Assembly: GCF_032552055.1 (NCBI RefSeq)
Contig: NZ_JAWGSV010000001.1
Span: 1-45,382 of the forward strand
DNA from: Clostridium sp.
Lineage (GTDB): Bacteria > Bacillota > Clostridia > Clostridiales > Clostridiaceae
Direction: 5' to 3'
DNA: 45,382 nucleotides
The notes below the pieces were generated by a model, which did no database searches, had not been told where the DNA came from, and saw only the letters and a program-made list of their open reading frames with translations. Position numbers and translations under genes: made by a program. Positions 1-9,248 of this stretch are shown one piece after another (the first letter of the stretch is position 1; each line of letters begins with the position of its first letter).

Positions 1-85
1 ATTCTATTTTAACAAAAGGAGGTTTTATTTACATACTGACCGCTAAAGCTATTCGGAACACACTTGCATAGCAAGTGGTTTTCAA
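1..85 (-). mobile_element. Possible end of an IS200/IS605-family element extending off the left edge
   Basis: Hairpin CACTTGC-ATA-GCAAGTG (61-77) followed by GTTTT. The minus strand at 1-27 reads AAAACCTCCTTTTGTTAAAATAGAAT, an anti-RBS-like arm of the kind found upstream of IS200 tnpA. No transposase in the window. Confidence 0.35.
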
Positions 86-94
86 TAAGACAAT

Positions 95-140
95 AAAAAA
101 GGAGTTAACAACAATCAATTTGCTTAACTCCTTTATTTTT
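95..140. terminator. Terminator-like hairpin, copy 1 of 3 (also 935-976, 1199-1240)
   Basis: AAAGGAGTTAA...TTAACTCCTTT flanked by A and T tracts, just downstream of the 177-743 gene. Confidence 0.7.
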
Positions 141-176
141 TATTTTATTTTAATATATTCACTAAAAACTGTAATT

Positions 177-743
177 TTACACCCTTAAAGAGCCACGGAA
201 TCCCCTTGCAGAATAATATGATTCCGCTCCATTATGATATACAAAAACAGTATCATAACGACGATCACAGAAGATAGCTCCGCCTTTCTTCCTAATATTG
301 TCTGGTGTTTTAACCCAACTAGATGTTTTGACATCAAAGCTTCCTAGTTTCTGTAATTCTCTATACTCCTCTTCCGTTAAGACCTTAATCCCTATATCTA
401 AAGCCATATCAATAACACTATTTTGTGGCTTATTTTGTTTTCTTGATTCTAGTGCTTCACGGTCATAACAAATACTTCTTCTCCCTTTAGGACTCTCTGC
501 TGAACAGTCATAAAAAACATATTCCCCAGTTTCTTCATCATAACCAATTATATCTGGTTCACCACCAGTTCTCTCCATTTCATAAAGTGACCATAGTTTT
601 TCAGTATTAGCTTCTAATTTTTCTTGTACCTCATCCCATTCAATCCCTTTATGACGATTCATGTTCTTTTCAAAACGTTCTTTTAAAATTTCTAATATAT
701 CTTTATATTCTTCAGATGACAGCATTCTTTTATCATCACTCAT
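177..743 (-). CDS. DUF4256 family protein
   Basis: Motifs RFEKNMNRH, MERTGGEPD, CSAESPKGRRSICYD, HNGAESYYSARGFRG; GGAGG RBS upstream. Confidence 0.85.
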   Translation of the reverse strand: MSDDKRMLSSEEYKDILEILKERFEKNMNRHKGIEWDEVQEKLEANTEKLWSLYEMERTGGEPDIIGYDEETGEYVFYDCSAESPKGRRSICYDREALESRKQNKPQNSVIDMALDIGIKVLTEEEYRELQKLGSFDVKTSSWVKTPDNIRKKGGAIFCDRRYDTVFVYHNGAESYYSARGFRGSLRV

Positions 744-934
744 ACCAAAACCTCCTCATACAATATATTTATAACTCAATCCCATCAATGTATAAACATA
801 CACTGAATTCCTATTTATAAAATATTTGTAAGTAATTGTATCAGATACCTCTTATTTAGTCAACCATTACCAGATATACTAATAAACTTTTACTATTATA
901 ATTGCATTCATTGTAGAGTTAAAAATTATAAATC

Positions 935-976
935 AAAAAAGAGCTAAGCAATTACATTGCTTAACTCTTCTATTTA
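935..976. repeat. Hairpin repeat copy 2
   Basis: AAAAAAGAGCTAAGCAATTACATTGCTTAACTCTTCTATTTA aligns with 95-140 and 1199-1240. Confidence 0.75.
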
Positions 977-1118
977 TTTTAGGTTAATTTAATTCTTTTG
1001 TACTCTCCCACTAAAGTCTGACTTTCCCTCCCCACCTCCACTCCACTAATACTCTCATTCTTAAAAAATTCCTAATAAAGTTTGACTGCGAAAAACTCAT
1101 AAAAATGGTGGTATTTAA

Positions 1119-1182
1119 TAACGCTTTCTTAGTCAAACTTTAATCGGATTCTTATTAAAGTTTGACTTTTTAGAAAGCGTTA
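1119..1182. repeat. Long imperfect palindrome containing TAAAGTTTGACT motifs
   Basis: Inner 14-bp stem AGTCAAACTTTAAT (1131-1144)/ATTAAAGTTTGACT (1154-1167) and outer 11-bp stem 1119-1129/1172-1182. Confidence 0.8.
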
Positions 1183-1198
1183 GATTTAAAGGAATACT

Positions 1199-1240
1199 AA
1201 AAAAGAGCCAAGCAATTATCTTGCTGGACTCTTCTATTTA
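1199..1240. repeat. Hairpin repeat copy 3
   Basis: AAAAAAGAGCCAAGCAATTATCTTGCTGGACTCTTCTATTTA. Confidence 0.7.
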
Positions 1241-1298
1241 TCTTACTTTATCTATATTTTCTTTTATCTATTTTCCATCTGATACTTTCCTTAACTCT

Positions 1299-1372
1299 GT
1301 TTAACTTTGACTTCATCAAAGTTAAACTATCTTCGGAATAGTCAATGTTTAGTCGGAATAGTTAAAGTTTAA
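1299..1372. repeat. 12-bp inverted repeat plus 2x20-bp tandem repeat directly after the rlmD stop
   Basis: GTTTAACTTTGA/TCAAAGTTAAAC (1299-1327); TCGGAATAGTCAATGTTTAG (1333-1352) and TCGGAATAGTTAAAGTTTAA (1353-1372). Confidence 0.75.
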
Positions 1373-1379
1373 TTGGAGA

Positions 1380-2738
1380 CTACATCTTTTTTATTAGTTT
1401 TACTACACCTTCTAGATGTGGTGTGTTAGGGAACATATCCTTAACGCAGCTTTCTACTACCTCATAACCTGAGTCTAGTAATACTTTTAAGTTATCTACT
1501 AGAGTCTTTGGATTACATGATACGTAAATTATTTCCTTGGCATTAAATTTAATTACATATTCTAATGCCTTTGGATGTACTCCACTTCTTGGTGGGTCTA
1601 GGATAATTACATCTGGTTTATCCTTAACTGTTTTTATTATTTCTGCTACATCTCCAGCTAGGAATTCACAGTTATTTAAGTTGTTAAGTTTAGCATTTTC
1701 TTTTGCTGCTTCAACAGCTTCTTCTATAAGTTCTATTCCAACTACCTTTTTAGCATTAGCAGCTGTTATTTGACCTATAGTTCCTGTTCCACAATAAAGG
1801 TCAAATACTACCTTATCCTTTGATTCACCTATATAATCTCTAACTATACTATAAAGGCTTTCTGCTCCTTTAGTATTAGTTTGGAAAAATGAAAAAGGAG
1901 ATATTTTAAATTTAAGTCCTAAAAGTTCTTCAGTTATATAATCTTTTCCATATAATAAATTTACTTTTTCAGGTACTACTGCATCTGAAAAAGAGTTGTT
2001 TTCAGTATGTAATATAGATACTAAACTTCCTTTATAATTTTGAGCTTTTAGTACTTCAACATATTCTGATAAGTCAAAATCAATTTGAGTTGTAGTTACT
2101 AAATTAACCATTAACTCTCCAGTATTGATAGCTTTTCTTATTACTAAGTGTCTTAAGTAACCTTCTCTTTTCATAACTCTGTAATAAGGTAAATTCTTAT
2201 CTCTAAAATAATCTACAGTAGCTTTAATTAAAGTTCTAAAATCTTCATCTACTATTAAACATCCATCTACTGTTACTATACCAAAGGATTTCCCCTTCAT
2301 ATGCATACCTAATGTAAGTTCTCCACCTTTTTCAAAATCTCCAAAGGTAAACTCCATTTTATTTCTATATTCCCATTGTTCCTTACTTCCAATTATACCT
2401 TTATAATTATCAATAGGTAGGTTTGCATCAATAAATAGATTTTTAAACTCTTCACTTAATAAATCTAATTGTTTTTCATAAGTCAGATTTTGAGAAGTAC
2501 AACCTCCACATACGCCAAAATGCTTACATGGAGCTTCTATTTCATAACTTGCTTTTTCATCTATAGACATTAATTTTAGTTCAGCATAAGCTTCTCTTTT
2601 TTTCTTTACTCTCCCAGTAACAACTTGACCTGGAAAAGCACCCTTTACATATATCTTCTTATTTTCTAAGCTACCCACTCCCATTGAAGGGAATTCTGTT
2701 TTATCTATTTTAACTTGTACAGTACTTCCTTTTCTCAT
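1380..2738 (-). CDS. rlmD: 23S rRNA (uracil-C5)-methyltransferase RlmD/RumA family
   Basis: TRAM-like N-terminus, [11 protein letters not shown]e-S motif, [38 protein letters not shown]. Confidence 0.93.
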   Translation of the reverse strand: MRKGSTVQVKIDKTEFPSMGVGSLENKKIYVKGAFPGQVVTGRVKKKREAYAELKLMSIDEKASYEIEAPCKHFGVCGGCTSQNLTYEKQLDLLSEEFKNLFIDANLPIDNYKGIIGSKEQWEYRNKMEFTFGDFEKGGELTLGMHMKGKSFGIVTVDGCLIVDEDFRTLIKATVDYFRDKNLPYYRVMKREGYLRHLVIRKAINTGELMVNLVTTTQIDFDLSEYVEVLKAQNYKGSLVSILHTENNSFSDAVVPEKVNLLYGKDYITEELLGLKFKISPFSFFQTNTKGAESLYSIVRDYIGESKDKVVFDLYCGTGTIGQITAANAKKVVGIELIEEAVEAAKENAKLNNLNNCEFLAGDVAEIIKTVKDKPDVIILDPPRSGVHPKALEYVIKFNAKEIIYVSCNPKTLVDNLKVLLDSGYEVVESCVKDMFPNTPHLEGVVKLIKKM

Positions 2739-2754
2739 CTTTACTCCTAAAAAT

Positions 2755-3159
2755 TTATTTTAAAATTGTTTTCTTACCTATAGTTTTCTTAAGTTTAGTT
2801 GAAGAACAAATTGCTTCGTAAACTATATTTACTAACACATAAATTATAAAGAATATTGGTTGTCTTTCTGCAACATAAAAACCTAATATTCTTAAAGCAA
2901 AATCAAATACTACTAATAATAAAAGTGATATTGCTATTACAATAATTTGATCTATTGCTGAAGCTAATGCTCTCTTTATAAATTTCATTATCTTGCTATC
3001 ATTTTCTTCTGTATCTCCCTCCACTAATGAGGAATCTCCCATTAATATTTCTTCACTTGAAGATATAACATCTTCCTCTAATATTTCTTCAACAGTTTCT
3101 TTAGTATCAATTGCAACTTCCTTTATTACTTCTTCATTATTATTTTCCAAAATCCGCAT
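2755..3159 (-). CDS. RDD-like membrane protein with acidic N-terminus
   Basis: [12 protein letters not shown] motif, two hydrophobic helices, TIGKK C-terminal motif. Confidence 0.7.
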   Translation of the reverse strand: MRILENNNEEVIKEVAIDTKETVEEILEEDVISSSEEILMGDSSLVEGDTEENDSKIMKFIKRALASAIDQIIVIAISLLLLVVFDFALRILGFYVAERQPIFFIIYVLVNIVYEAICSSTKLKKTIGKKTILK

Positions 3160-3179
3160 CCTCCTAATTAATCAAATTA

Positions 3180-3851
3180 CTATTTAAACTGATAAACTTT
3201 TGAATCTATCTTATATAATAAAAAGTCATCTTTAATTGTTATTGTTTCTACTAATCCATTTAAATTAGTTTCTATAGTTTGATCTTGCTTACCATTTTTA
3301 ACTATATCTATAATTGAATTATTTAATTCAGTATAGTCTCTCTCTGTATCATTAGTCATAGCTTCTGAGAAGGCAGACATAGAAGTTTCTTTAAAATCAA
3401 ACTTCTCCTCATTTTTTATTTGATCTAAATCTAATTTAAATCCAATCTTTAAACCTAAGCTTCCCTTTGCCATATTAGAACCATAAAGCTTATATCCATA
3501 ATACATACTTTCCATTCTATTTGGCTCTGGATTTAAATTATCAAAATAAATATACTTCTCATTAACACTTTCATTATTCTCATCTTTAATTTTTTCTTCT
3601 CTTTTGTACTCTATCCCATAAAAATTAGAAGCTTCTTCTATCCTAGTAGCTATTTCATCATTTAAAGCATTAACTTCATCTAGTGAATAGTCTTTAGCCC
3701 ATTCACCTTCTCCAATAAATGTTTTCTCTTCTTGTACTGAGGACTTTTCAACTTTTGTATCTTCCTTATTTCCATCTGAGGAAGGACTACATGATGCTAA
3801 TAAAAAAACCATTGACGTACTCATTATTGCTAAAAATATCTTTTTTATCAT
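3180..3851 (-). CDS. Lipoprotein of unknown function
   Basis: Signal peptide with LASC lipobox; AGGAGG RBS. Confidence 0.8.
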   Translation of the reverse strand: MIKKIFLAIMSTSMVFLLASCSPSSDGNKEDTKVEKSSVQEEKTFIGEGEWAKDYSLDEVNALNDEIATRIEEASNFYGIEYKREEKIKDENNESVNEKYIYFDNLNPEPNRMESMYYGYKLYGSNMAKGSLGLKIGFKLDLDQIKNEEKFDFKETSMSAFSEAMTNDTERDYTELNNSIIDIVKNGKQDQTIETNLNGLVETITIKDDFLLYKIDSKVYQFK

Positions 3852-3905
3852 AAAAATCCTCCTATGATTTTAAAATTTATTATTATTCTTTCCTAAAGTC
3901 ACCTT

Positions 3906-3978
3906 ATTATAACACTAACACCATTACTTTTAAAGTCTTTGACACCTCTTTGACACTTAACTGTCATATTAAAGACAT
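3906..3978 (-). promoter_or_regulatory. Promoter with 11-bp-period direct repeats (OmpR/PhoB-type site)
   Basis: Minus-strand TATAAT at 3906-3911; TCTTTGACAC at 3936-3945 and 3947-3956; in-phase GTCAT (3963) and GACAT (3974). Confidence 0.55.
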
Positions 3979-4111
3979 CTTTTACATATATGTAATATTT
4001 AATTTTAAATCAATAAAAAAAGCCCTAAAAGAGCTATTTATTAAAATATTTAATTTTTATGGCTACTTAGGAGCCTAATAAAAAGCTCCACAAGTAACCT
4101 CTACTTGTTGT

Positions 4112-4327
4112 CTACTTTACTACTTGGGCTACTATTATAGCAATACCTATTAATGCCCCTGCTAAGAATACAGCAACTGCCATATTACCTTTTTCAAGCT
4201 CTTTGTTAAAATCAGCAGGTATTATTGCATCAAAAACTTTATAGCCAACTACTAATATTAAGATTCCAAAGGCACCAAATAGCAAACTTAGCCCTAAGTT
4301 TAAAAGTGTATTTAAAAACATTTCCAA
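4112..4327 (-). CDS. DUF350 family small membrane protein
   Basis: YKVFDAIIPADFNKELEKGNMAVAVFLAGALIGIAIIV pattern; TTG start after a GGGGAA RBS. Confidence 0.85.
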   Translation of the reverse strand: MEMFLNTLLNLGLSLLFGAFGILILVVGYKVFDAIIPADFNKELEKGNMAVAVFLAGALIGIAIIVAQVVK

Positions 4328-4408
4328 AACCCATTCCCCCTATATGTTATACTTTATTTAATTTTACCATAAACAGTATATTTGCAATATAAATTATTTG
4401 TAACTTTA

Positions 4409-5080
4409 TTATATTCCTACTTGATCCTTTATCTTCTCAAAGGTTTTACTTCCAATTCCATCTATATTCTTCAATTCTTCTATACTCTTAAAACCACCGT
4501 TCTTATCCCTATAGTCTATTATACTTTGAGCTTTAACATCTCCTACCCCTGTAATTTTCTTCAGTTCTTCTAGTGGAGCTGTATTAATATTTATTACACT
4601 ACTATTATTTATAGTACTGGAGTTTTGATTTATTATATTTCCTGATGCTATATCACTTTTATTAGGTATAACTATAAGCTGATTTCCCCTAAGCTTTTCT
4701 GCTCTATTTATACCATCTGTATTAGCTTCATCAGTTAACCCTCCAGCTAAGTTAATTAAATCCCTTATTATACTTCCATCTTCAATTTCATATACATCTG
4801 GATTTTTTACCTCCCCTTTTATTTCAACTATAATTAAACTTTTCTTCTGATTTTCTGTGTCCACATTTGAGCTAGAAACATTAACACTACTGTTTACAGC
4901 TTCATTTTCGCTTTCAGATTCAACGTATATATTATTCATATACTCATCCTTAAATACCTTGGACTTATTTTTATAATATAAAAATAATGAAGATGATAAA
5001 AATACTACTCCTAATACAAATATAGCTATAATTCTGGCATTTAATCTCTTTTTTATCTCCTCTTTTATTTGCTCTAACAT
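4409..5080 (-). CDS. comEA: ComEA-family DNA-binding protein (SLBB + helix-hairpin-helix)
   Basis: TM helix, VEIKGEVKNPDVY, ININTA...ITGVG...IDGIG; ATG at 5080 follows GGAGG. Confidence 0.9.
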   Translation of the reverse strand: MLEQIKEEIKKRLNARIIAIFVLGVVFLSSSLFLYYKNKSKVFKDEYMNNIYVESESENEAVNSSVNVSSSNVDTENQKKSLIIVEIKGEVKNPDVYEIEDGSIIRDLINLAGGLTDEANTDGINRAEKLRGNQLIVIPNKSDIASGNIINQNSSTINNSSVININTAPLEELKKITGVGDVKAQSIIDYRDKNGGFKSIEELKNIDGIGSKTFEKIKDQVGI

Positions 5081-5233
5081 AGAAACCTCCAAAATAACAC
5101 TTTTTTATAATTATTACCTAATTTTTAACTTTTTAATTATTTTTTAATTAAATATTTCTAAAATATAGAATCATTCTGATATTTCTGTTAAAATAACTTT
5201 GTCTATAATAAGTTTAATGTGGGAGAAATTTGT

Positions 5234-6520
5234 ATGAAAAAGTTTATTAAGAATTTGCTTCTATCCACTTTTTTATTTAGTAGTATATTTTCTACTATAA
5301 ATACTATAGAAGCTAAAGCGACTGATTTACCTCCAGTTTATTCTGAAGGTGCAATATTAATGGATGGAAAAACTGGTAAGGTATTATTTTCTAAAAATGA
5401 GCATACTCAGTTTGAGCCTGCATCTACAACTAAGGTAATGACAGCGCTAATAGTCCTTGAACATACTAATTTAAAAGATAAGGTAACAATAGGAGAAAAC
5501 CCACCACTTGTAGATGGATCTGCTATTGGTATTAGAGAAGGGGAAGTCTATACAGTAGAGGAGCTTATGCTAGGTTTATTACTTGAATCAGGAAATGACT
5601 GCGCTGAGGCCCTAGCTGAATACGTTGCAGGGTCAAATAAAGACTTTGCTAAATTAATGAATGCAAAAGCAAAAGAATTAGGTGCTTTAAATACTACATT
5701 TAAAAATCCAAGTGGATTACATGAGGATGGTCATTTAACTACAGCTTATGATTTGGCTCTTATAATGAAAGAGGCTGCTCATAATGAAGATTTTGTAAGA
5801 ATAGCTCAAACAGAATCTTATAAATATGTAAATCAACCATTTTCTGATGGTAGTGAAAAATGGGCAACTAATAGAAATCAACTATTTAATGAGTATAGTC
5901 CTTATTTTTATGATAACGCTTATTGCGGTAAAAATGGATACACTCCAGAAGCTAACCACTCTTACACTGCAGCTGCAACAAAGGGTGATGACATGCTAAT
6001 AGCAGCATTTTTAGATGCTACAGATAAGGATAACTTCTATACTAATGTAGGCCCATTCTTTAATTACGGATTTGATAACTTTGAAACTTTAAAGCTAATA
6101 AATTCAGGAGATATCCTATATACATATAAAATTAACGATGATGTATATATACCCCTAATTGCTAAGAGTGATTTTTATTATACAAAGGCTAAAACAGAAC
6201 CAGCCCCTACTTTATCCTTAGATTACGAGAAAACTGATATAAGTAAAAAAAATATCAAAACTGGCGATATTATATATAAAGCTAAGGTTAATGTAAATGG
6301 TGAAACTGTTTCTAGTATGGATTTACTAAGTGCTGTAGATAGAGAATATAGTACTGCAGATAGAATTAAAGATGCTTTTCATGACTTTCTTGAAAGTCCT
6401 CTGAATATTATGCTGGCTATATTAGGAGTAGTAATACTATACATAATTATTAGAATGTTTATAATATCTAAAAGAAGAAAAAATCTTAAAAGAAAAAAAG
6501 ACAAACTATTCAGCAGATAA
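5234..6520 (+). CDS. D-alanyl-D-alanine carboxypeptidase (peptidase S11)
   Basis: PASTTK (SxxK), SGND (SxN), NPSGL, GKNGYT; signal peptide and C-terminal TM. ATG 5234 preferred over GTG 5219. Confidence 0.92.
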   Translation: MKKFIKNLLLSTFLFSSIFSTINTIEAKATDLPPVYSEGAILMDGKTGKVLFSKNEHTQFEPASTTKVMTALIVLEHTNLKDKVTIGENPPLVDGSAIGIREGEVYTVEELMLGLLLESGNDCAEALAEYVAGSNKDFAKLMNAKAKELGALNTTFKNPSGLHEDGHLTTAYDLALIMKEAAHNEDFVRIAQTESYKYVNQPFSDGSEKWATNRNQLFNEYSPYFYDNAYCGKNGYTPEANHSYTAAATKGDDMLIAAFLDATDKDNFYTNVGPFFNYGFDNFETLKLINSGDILYTYKINDDVYIPLIAKSDFYYTKAKTEPAPTLSLDYEKTDISKKNIKTGDIIYKAKVNVNGETVSSMDLLSAVDREYSTADRIKDAFHDFLESPLNIMLAILGVVILYIIIRMFIISKRRKNLKRKKDKLFSR

Positions 6521-6522
6521 AT

Positions 6523-6551
6523 AAAAAGGGTTGCCAAGCAACCCTTTTTTT
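6523..6551. terminator. Bidirectional intrinsic terminator
   Basis: AAAAAGGGTTGC-CAA-GCAACCCTTTTT between convergent genes. Confidence 0.85.
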
Positions 6552-6609
6552 CAATTAACAATTTACAATTAATAGTTAACAATTTAGGATGTAATTCCTC
6601 GGGAATTAC
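6552..6609 (+). repeat. 58-bp heptamer+hairpin repeat (family B) copy 1
   Basis: Ungapped alignment with 7677-7734 and 43371-43428; AATTAAC-type 7-mers, then GGAT, then GTAATTCC-TCG-GGAATTAC. Confidence 0.85.
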
Positions 6610-6625
6610 CAAAAATATATTTTTT

Positions 6626-6753
6626 CAAAAACTCCTATGGGAGTTTTGTCCTCAATTCTTCATTCTTCATTTTTAATTTTTCATTAATAAATTCTACATT
6701 ATCCATTATTCATTTCTTAATTATTTCATTTTTTAATTACTTCATTCTTTCAT
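6626..6753 (-). repeat. Heptamer tract (ATTCTTC-like) plus hairpin; family B architecture in reverse
   Basis: Minus strand: AATGAAA AATTAAA AATGAAG AATGAAG AATTGAG GAC, then AAAACTCC-CATA-GGAGTTTT. Confidence 0.65.
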
Positions 6754-7655
6754 TACTCCATCCTAATTTTTTCAATTAGAACTCTTATGTCTTCTGGTAA
6801 ATCAGCTCTTAAGCTTAATTCCTTCTTAGTTCTAGGTGATTTAAAATCTAGTCCATATGCATGAAGTGCTTGCCTTTTAATAATTTCTGAATCTTCTTCA
6901 AAACCATATAAGGTATCACCCCAAATTGGATGCCCTTGAGAACTTAAGTGAACTCTAATTTGATGAGTTCTACCAGTTTCTAGTAAACATTCAACTAAAT
7001 CAGAATCTTTAAATCTTTCAACTACCTTATAGTGAGTAATACTTCTTTGCCCTCTTTCATCTATTACCCTTCTAATAGTTCCTTCTTCTTCTGGTCTATA
7101 TATAGGTAAATCTATTGTTCCCTCAGTATCCTTCATATGTCCATGAACTACTGCAAGATATCTTTTCTCAATTTTATTTTCACTCATATCCTTAGAAAGC
7201 TCCATATGAGCATATTGATTTTTACCTATTATTATAAGTCCTGAAGTATCCATATCTAATCTACTTACAAGCCTAACTATACATTTTTGATTACTTTCTT
7301 TGAAATAATACATTAATGCATTAGCTAAAGTTCCACTTTGGTGCCTCTTTGTTGGATGAACTACCATATTAGGACTTTTATTTACAACTATAATATCCTC
7401 ATCTTCATAAACTATATCTATAGGAATATTTTCAGGATCAATATTTTGACTTTCTTCCTTCATTAAGTCTATTAAAATATTTTCTTCTCCCTTTAATATG
7501 TAATTCATTTTAACTGCCTTATTATTAACATAAATTCTTTTGTCTATAGATGCACTTCTTATTAATCTAGAAGATAACCCAAGATCTTCTTTTAAATATT
7601 CTCTTATTTTTCTACCTTCATATTCCTTTGGAACTACCTTTTTAATATGACTCAT
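6753..7655 (-). CDS. RluA/RluD-family pseudouridine synthase
   Basis: S4-like N-terminus, RLDMDTSG, TGRTHQIRVH, RQALHA; ATG at 7655 after GGTGGAG. Confidence 0.92.
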   Translation of the reverse strand: MSHIKKVVPKEYEGRKIREYLKEDLGLSSRLIRSASIDKRIYVNNKAVKMNYILKGEENILIDLMKEESQNIDPENIPIDIVYEDEDIIVVNKSPNMVVHPTKRHQSGTLANALMYYFKESNQKCIVRLVSRLDMDTSGLIIIGKNQYAHMELSKDMSENKIEKRYLAVVHGHMKDTEGTIDLPIYRPEEEGTIRRVIDERGQRSITHYKVVERFKDSDLVECLLETGRTHQIRVHLSSQGHPIWGDTLYGFEEDSEIIKRQALHAYGLDFKSPRTKKELSLRADLPEDIRVLIEKIRME

Positions 7656-7676
7656 CTGTACTCCACCTTTTCCTGA

Positions 7677-7734
7677 CAATTAACAGTTAGCAATTAATAA
7701 TTAACAATTACGGATGTAATTTCTTCCAAATTAC
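7677..7734 (+). repeat. Family B copy 2
   Basis: CAATTAACAGTTAGCAATTAATAATTAACAATTACGGATGTAATTTCTTCCAAATTAC. Confidence 0.85.
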
Positions 7735-7777
7735 TTTGTTTTTATACTTTTTCTATTTAATAATTATTAATTTACAA

Positions 7778-7793
7778 TTGTGCGACAGCACCT
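7778..7793. repeat. Solo terminal repeat of MITE-like family A
   Basis: TTGTGCGACAGCACCT, identical to 17612-17627. Confidence 0.7.
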
Positions 7794-7820
7794 TATAACT
7801 CTTGATTAGAAAAGGTAAAA

Positions 7821-7862
7821 TAAGCTTAGTTAATCTTAATGCATTAAAATTAACTAAGCTTA
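7821..7862 (-). terminator. Hairpin downstream of the LCP gene
   Basis: TAAGCTTAGTTAAT/ATTAACTAAGCTTA 14-bp stem. Confidence 0.6.
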
Positions 7863-7878
7863 ACCTTCACCTTAACCT

Positions 7879-9228
7879 TTAATTAAATAAATTGTAATCT
7901 TCACCTAATAGTATTACTATATCGTAATCCTTATATTCAGATTTACTTATCTTCTCAATTTTTTCTATGTCTATATCTGACTTTAATAAATCCTTTAAGT
8001 CTTTATTGTTAGTTTGAATAACACTCTTATTTACAGCTTCAGTAGTATTTCCAACTTCAACATTTTCATATCCTCTTGCTAAGAGCTTATCTCTTGCAGT
8101 TGAAGCTAATCCAGATATATTAGTTCCATTTAAAACTATTACTTTAAGATCTTCTCTATTTATAGTAGTTATATTACTTGCACTTGATGGATCATTTGAG
8201 CTTAATGAATTTATTAAGTCCCTATTATACTCTTTATCTGCAACTAAAAATGATTCCCCGTATATATATTGAGGTTCTCCTTGAAGAGTTGTCATTATTA
8301 TATCACTAGATTTTAGTCTCATTATTTTCATTCCAAGTGAAACTAATTCCTTAGCTGGCATATTTGTTTCAACATTTTCACTTATAGCTTTTAATATCTT
8401 TGGAGCTTTAAATACTATAGATGGACTCATTACCTTATCTAATAATTTACTTATAAATAATTGTTGGTTCTTAATTCTATCTAAATCTCCATTAGCCAAT
8501 CCTGTTCCATCATTATTCTGTCTCCATCTGAAGAACTCTTCAGCTTTTTTACCATCTAAAAGTACTGTTTCTCCAGCCTTAAAGTTAATATGAAGATCTT
8601 GAGCATCATCATCATAAAACATATCTTGCTCAATAGTCATTTCTACCCCACCAATAGCATCAACTACACTTCTAAAAGCGTTATAGTCAATTTCAACTAT
8701 ATAGTTTATATCAATATCTAAAAGCGACTCAACATGTGTTATAATTTCTTCTTCACCACCTAATACATAGGCAGAATTTATCTTCCAATATTTTTTATAT
8801 TCACCAGTATCTAAATAAGCATCTACTTCAATTAAAGTATCTCTAGGTATAGATACTATATGAGATTTTTTAGTATTAGGGTTATAATTAAAAACCATTA
8901 TAGTATCGCTTCTTCTAATCCCCTTATTACCTTCAATATCAGCATCTCCTATATCCATTCCTAAAACCAATACATTAATAGAATCATTTTTAGATGCTGG
9001 TGGTATTCCAGTTCCTAAATTATTAGTTTTAAGACCAGATATAAAACTATATGCATAAAATAATCCGCCAAAAATTAAAGCTATAAAAATTGTAATAATT
9101 GAAACTACAATTCTTTTTCTTCTTCTTTTCTTTTTTCTAGCTTCTATTGCTCTTCTTCTTTTTATCTGTTCTTCCCTAGTAAGTCTTCTTCTCCCCCTGT
9201 TGTCATTAACTTCCCTACTACTACCCAT
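7879..9228 (-). CDS. LCP (LytR-CpsA-Psr) family protein with LytR_C domain
   Basis: Basic N-terminus, TM, NVLVLGMD, RSDTIMV, SIPRDT, DLDRIKNQQ, VLNGTNISGLA. Confidence 0.92.
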   Translation of the reverse strand: MGSSREVNDNRGRRRLTREEQIKRRRAIEARKKKRRRKRIVVSIITIFIALIFGGLFYAYSFISGLKTNNLGTGIPPASKNDSINVLVLGMDIGDADIEGNKGIRRSDTIMVFNYNPNTKKSHIVSIPRDTLIEVDAYLDTGEYKKYWKINSAYVLGGEEEIITHVESLLDIDINYIVEIDYNAFRSVVDAIGGVEMTIEQDMFYDDDAQDLHINFKAGETVLLDGKKAEEFFRWRQNNDGTGLANGDLDRIKNQQLFISKLLDKVMSPSIVFKAPKILKAISENVETNMPAKELVSLGMKIMRLKSSDIIMTTLQGEPQYIYGESFLVADKEYNRDLINSLSSNDPSSASNITTINREDLKVIVLNGTNISGLASTARDKLLARGYENVEVGNTTEAVNKSVIQTNNKDLKDLLKSDIDIEKIEKISKSEYKDYDIVILLGEDYNLFN

Positions 9229-9248
9229 CCTCTTATTCCTTTCTGATT

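Noticed and set aside
1333..1372. Possible CRISPR array
   Set aside because: Only two abutting 20-bp units, no spacers, no cas genes; no regularly spaced repeat array seen anywhere in the window.
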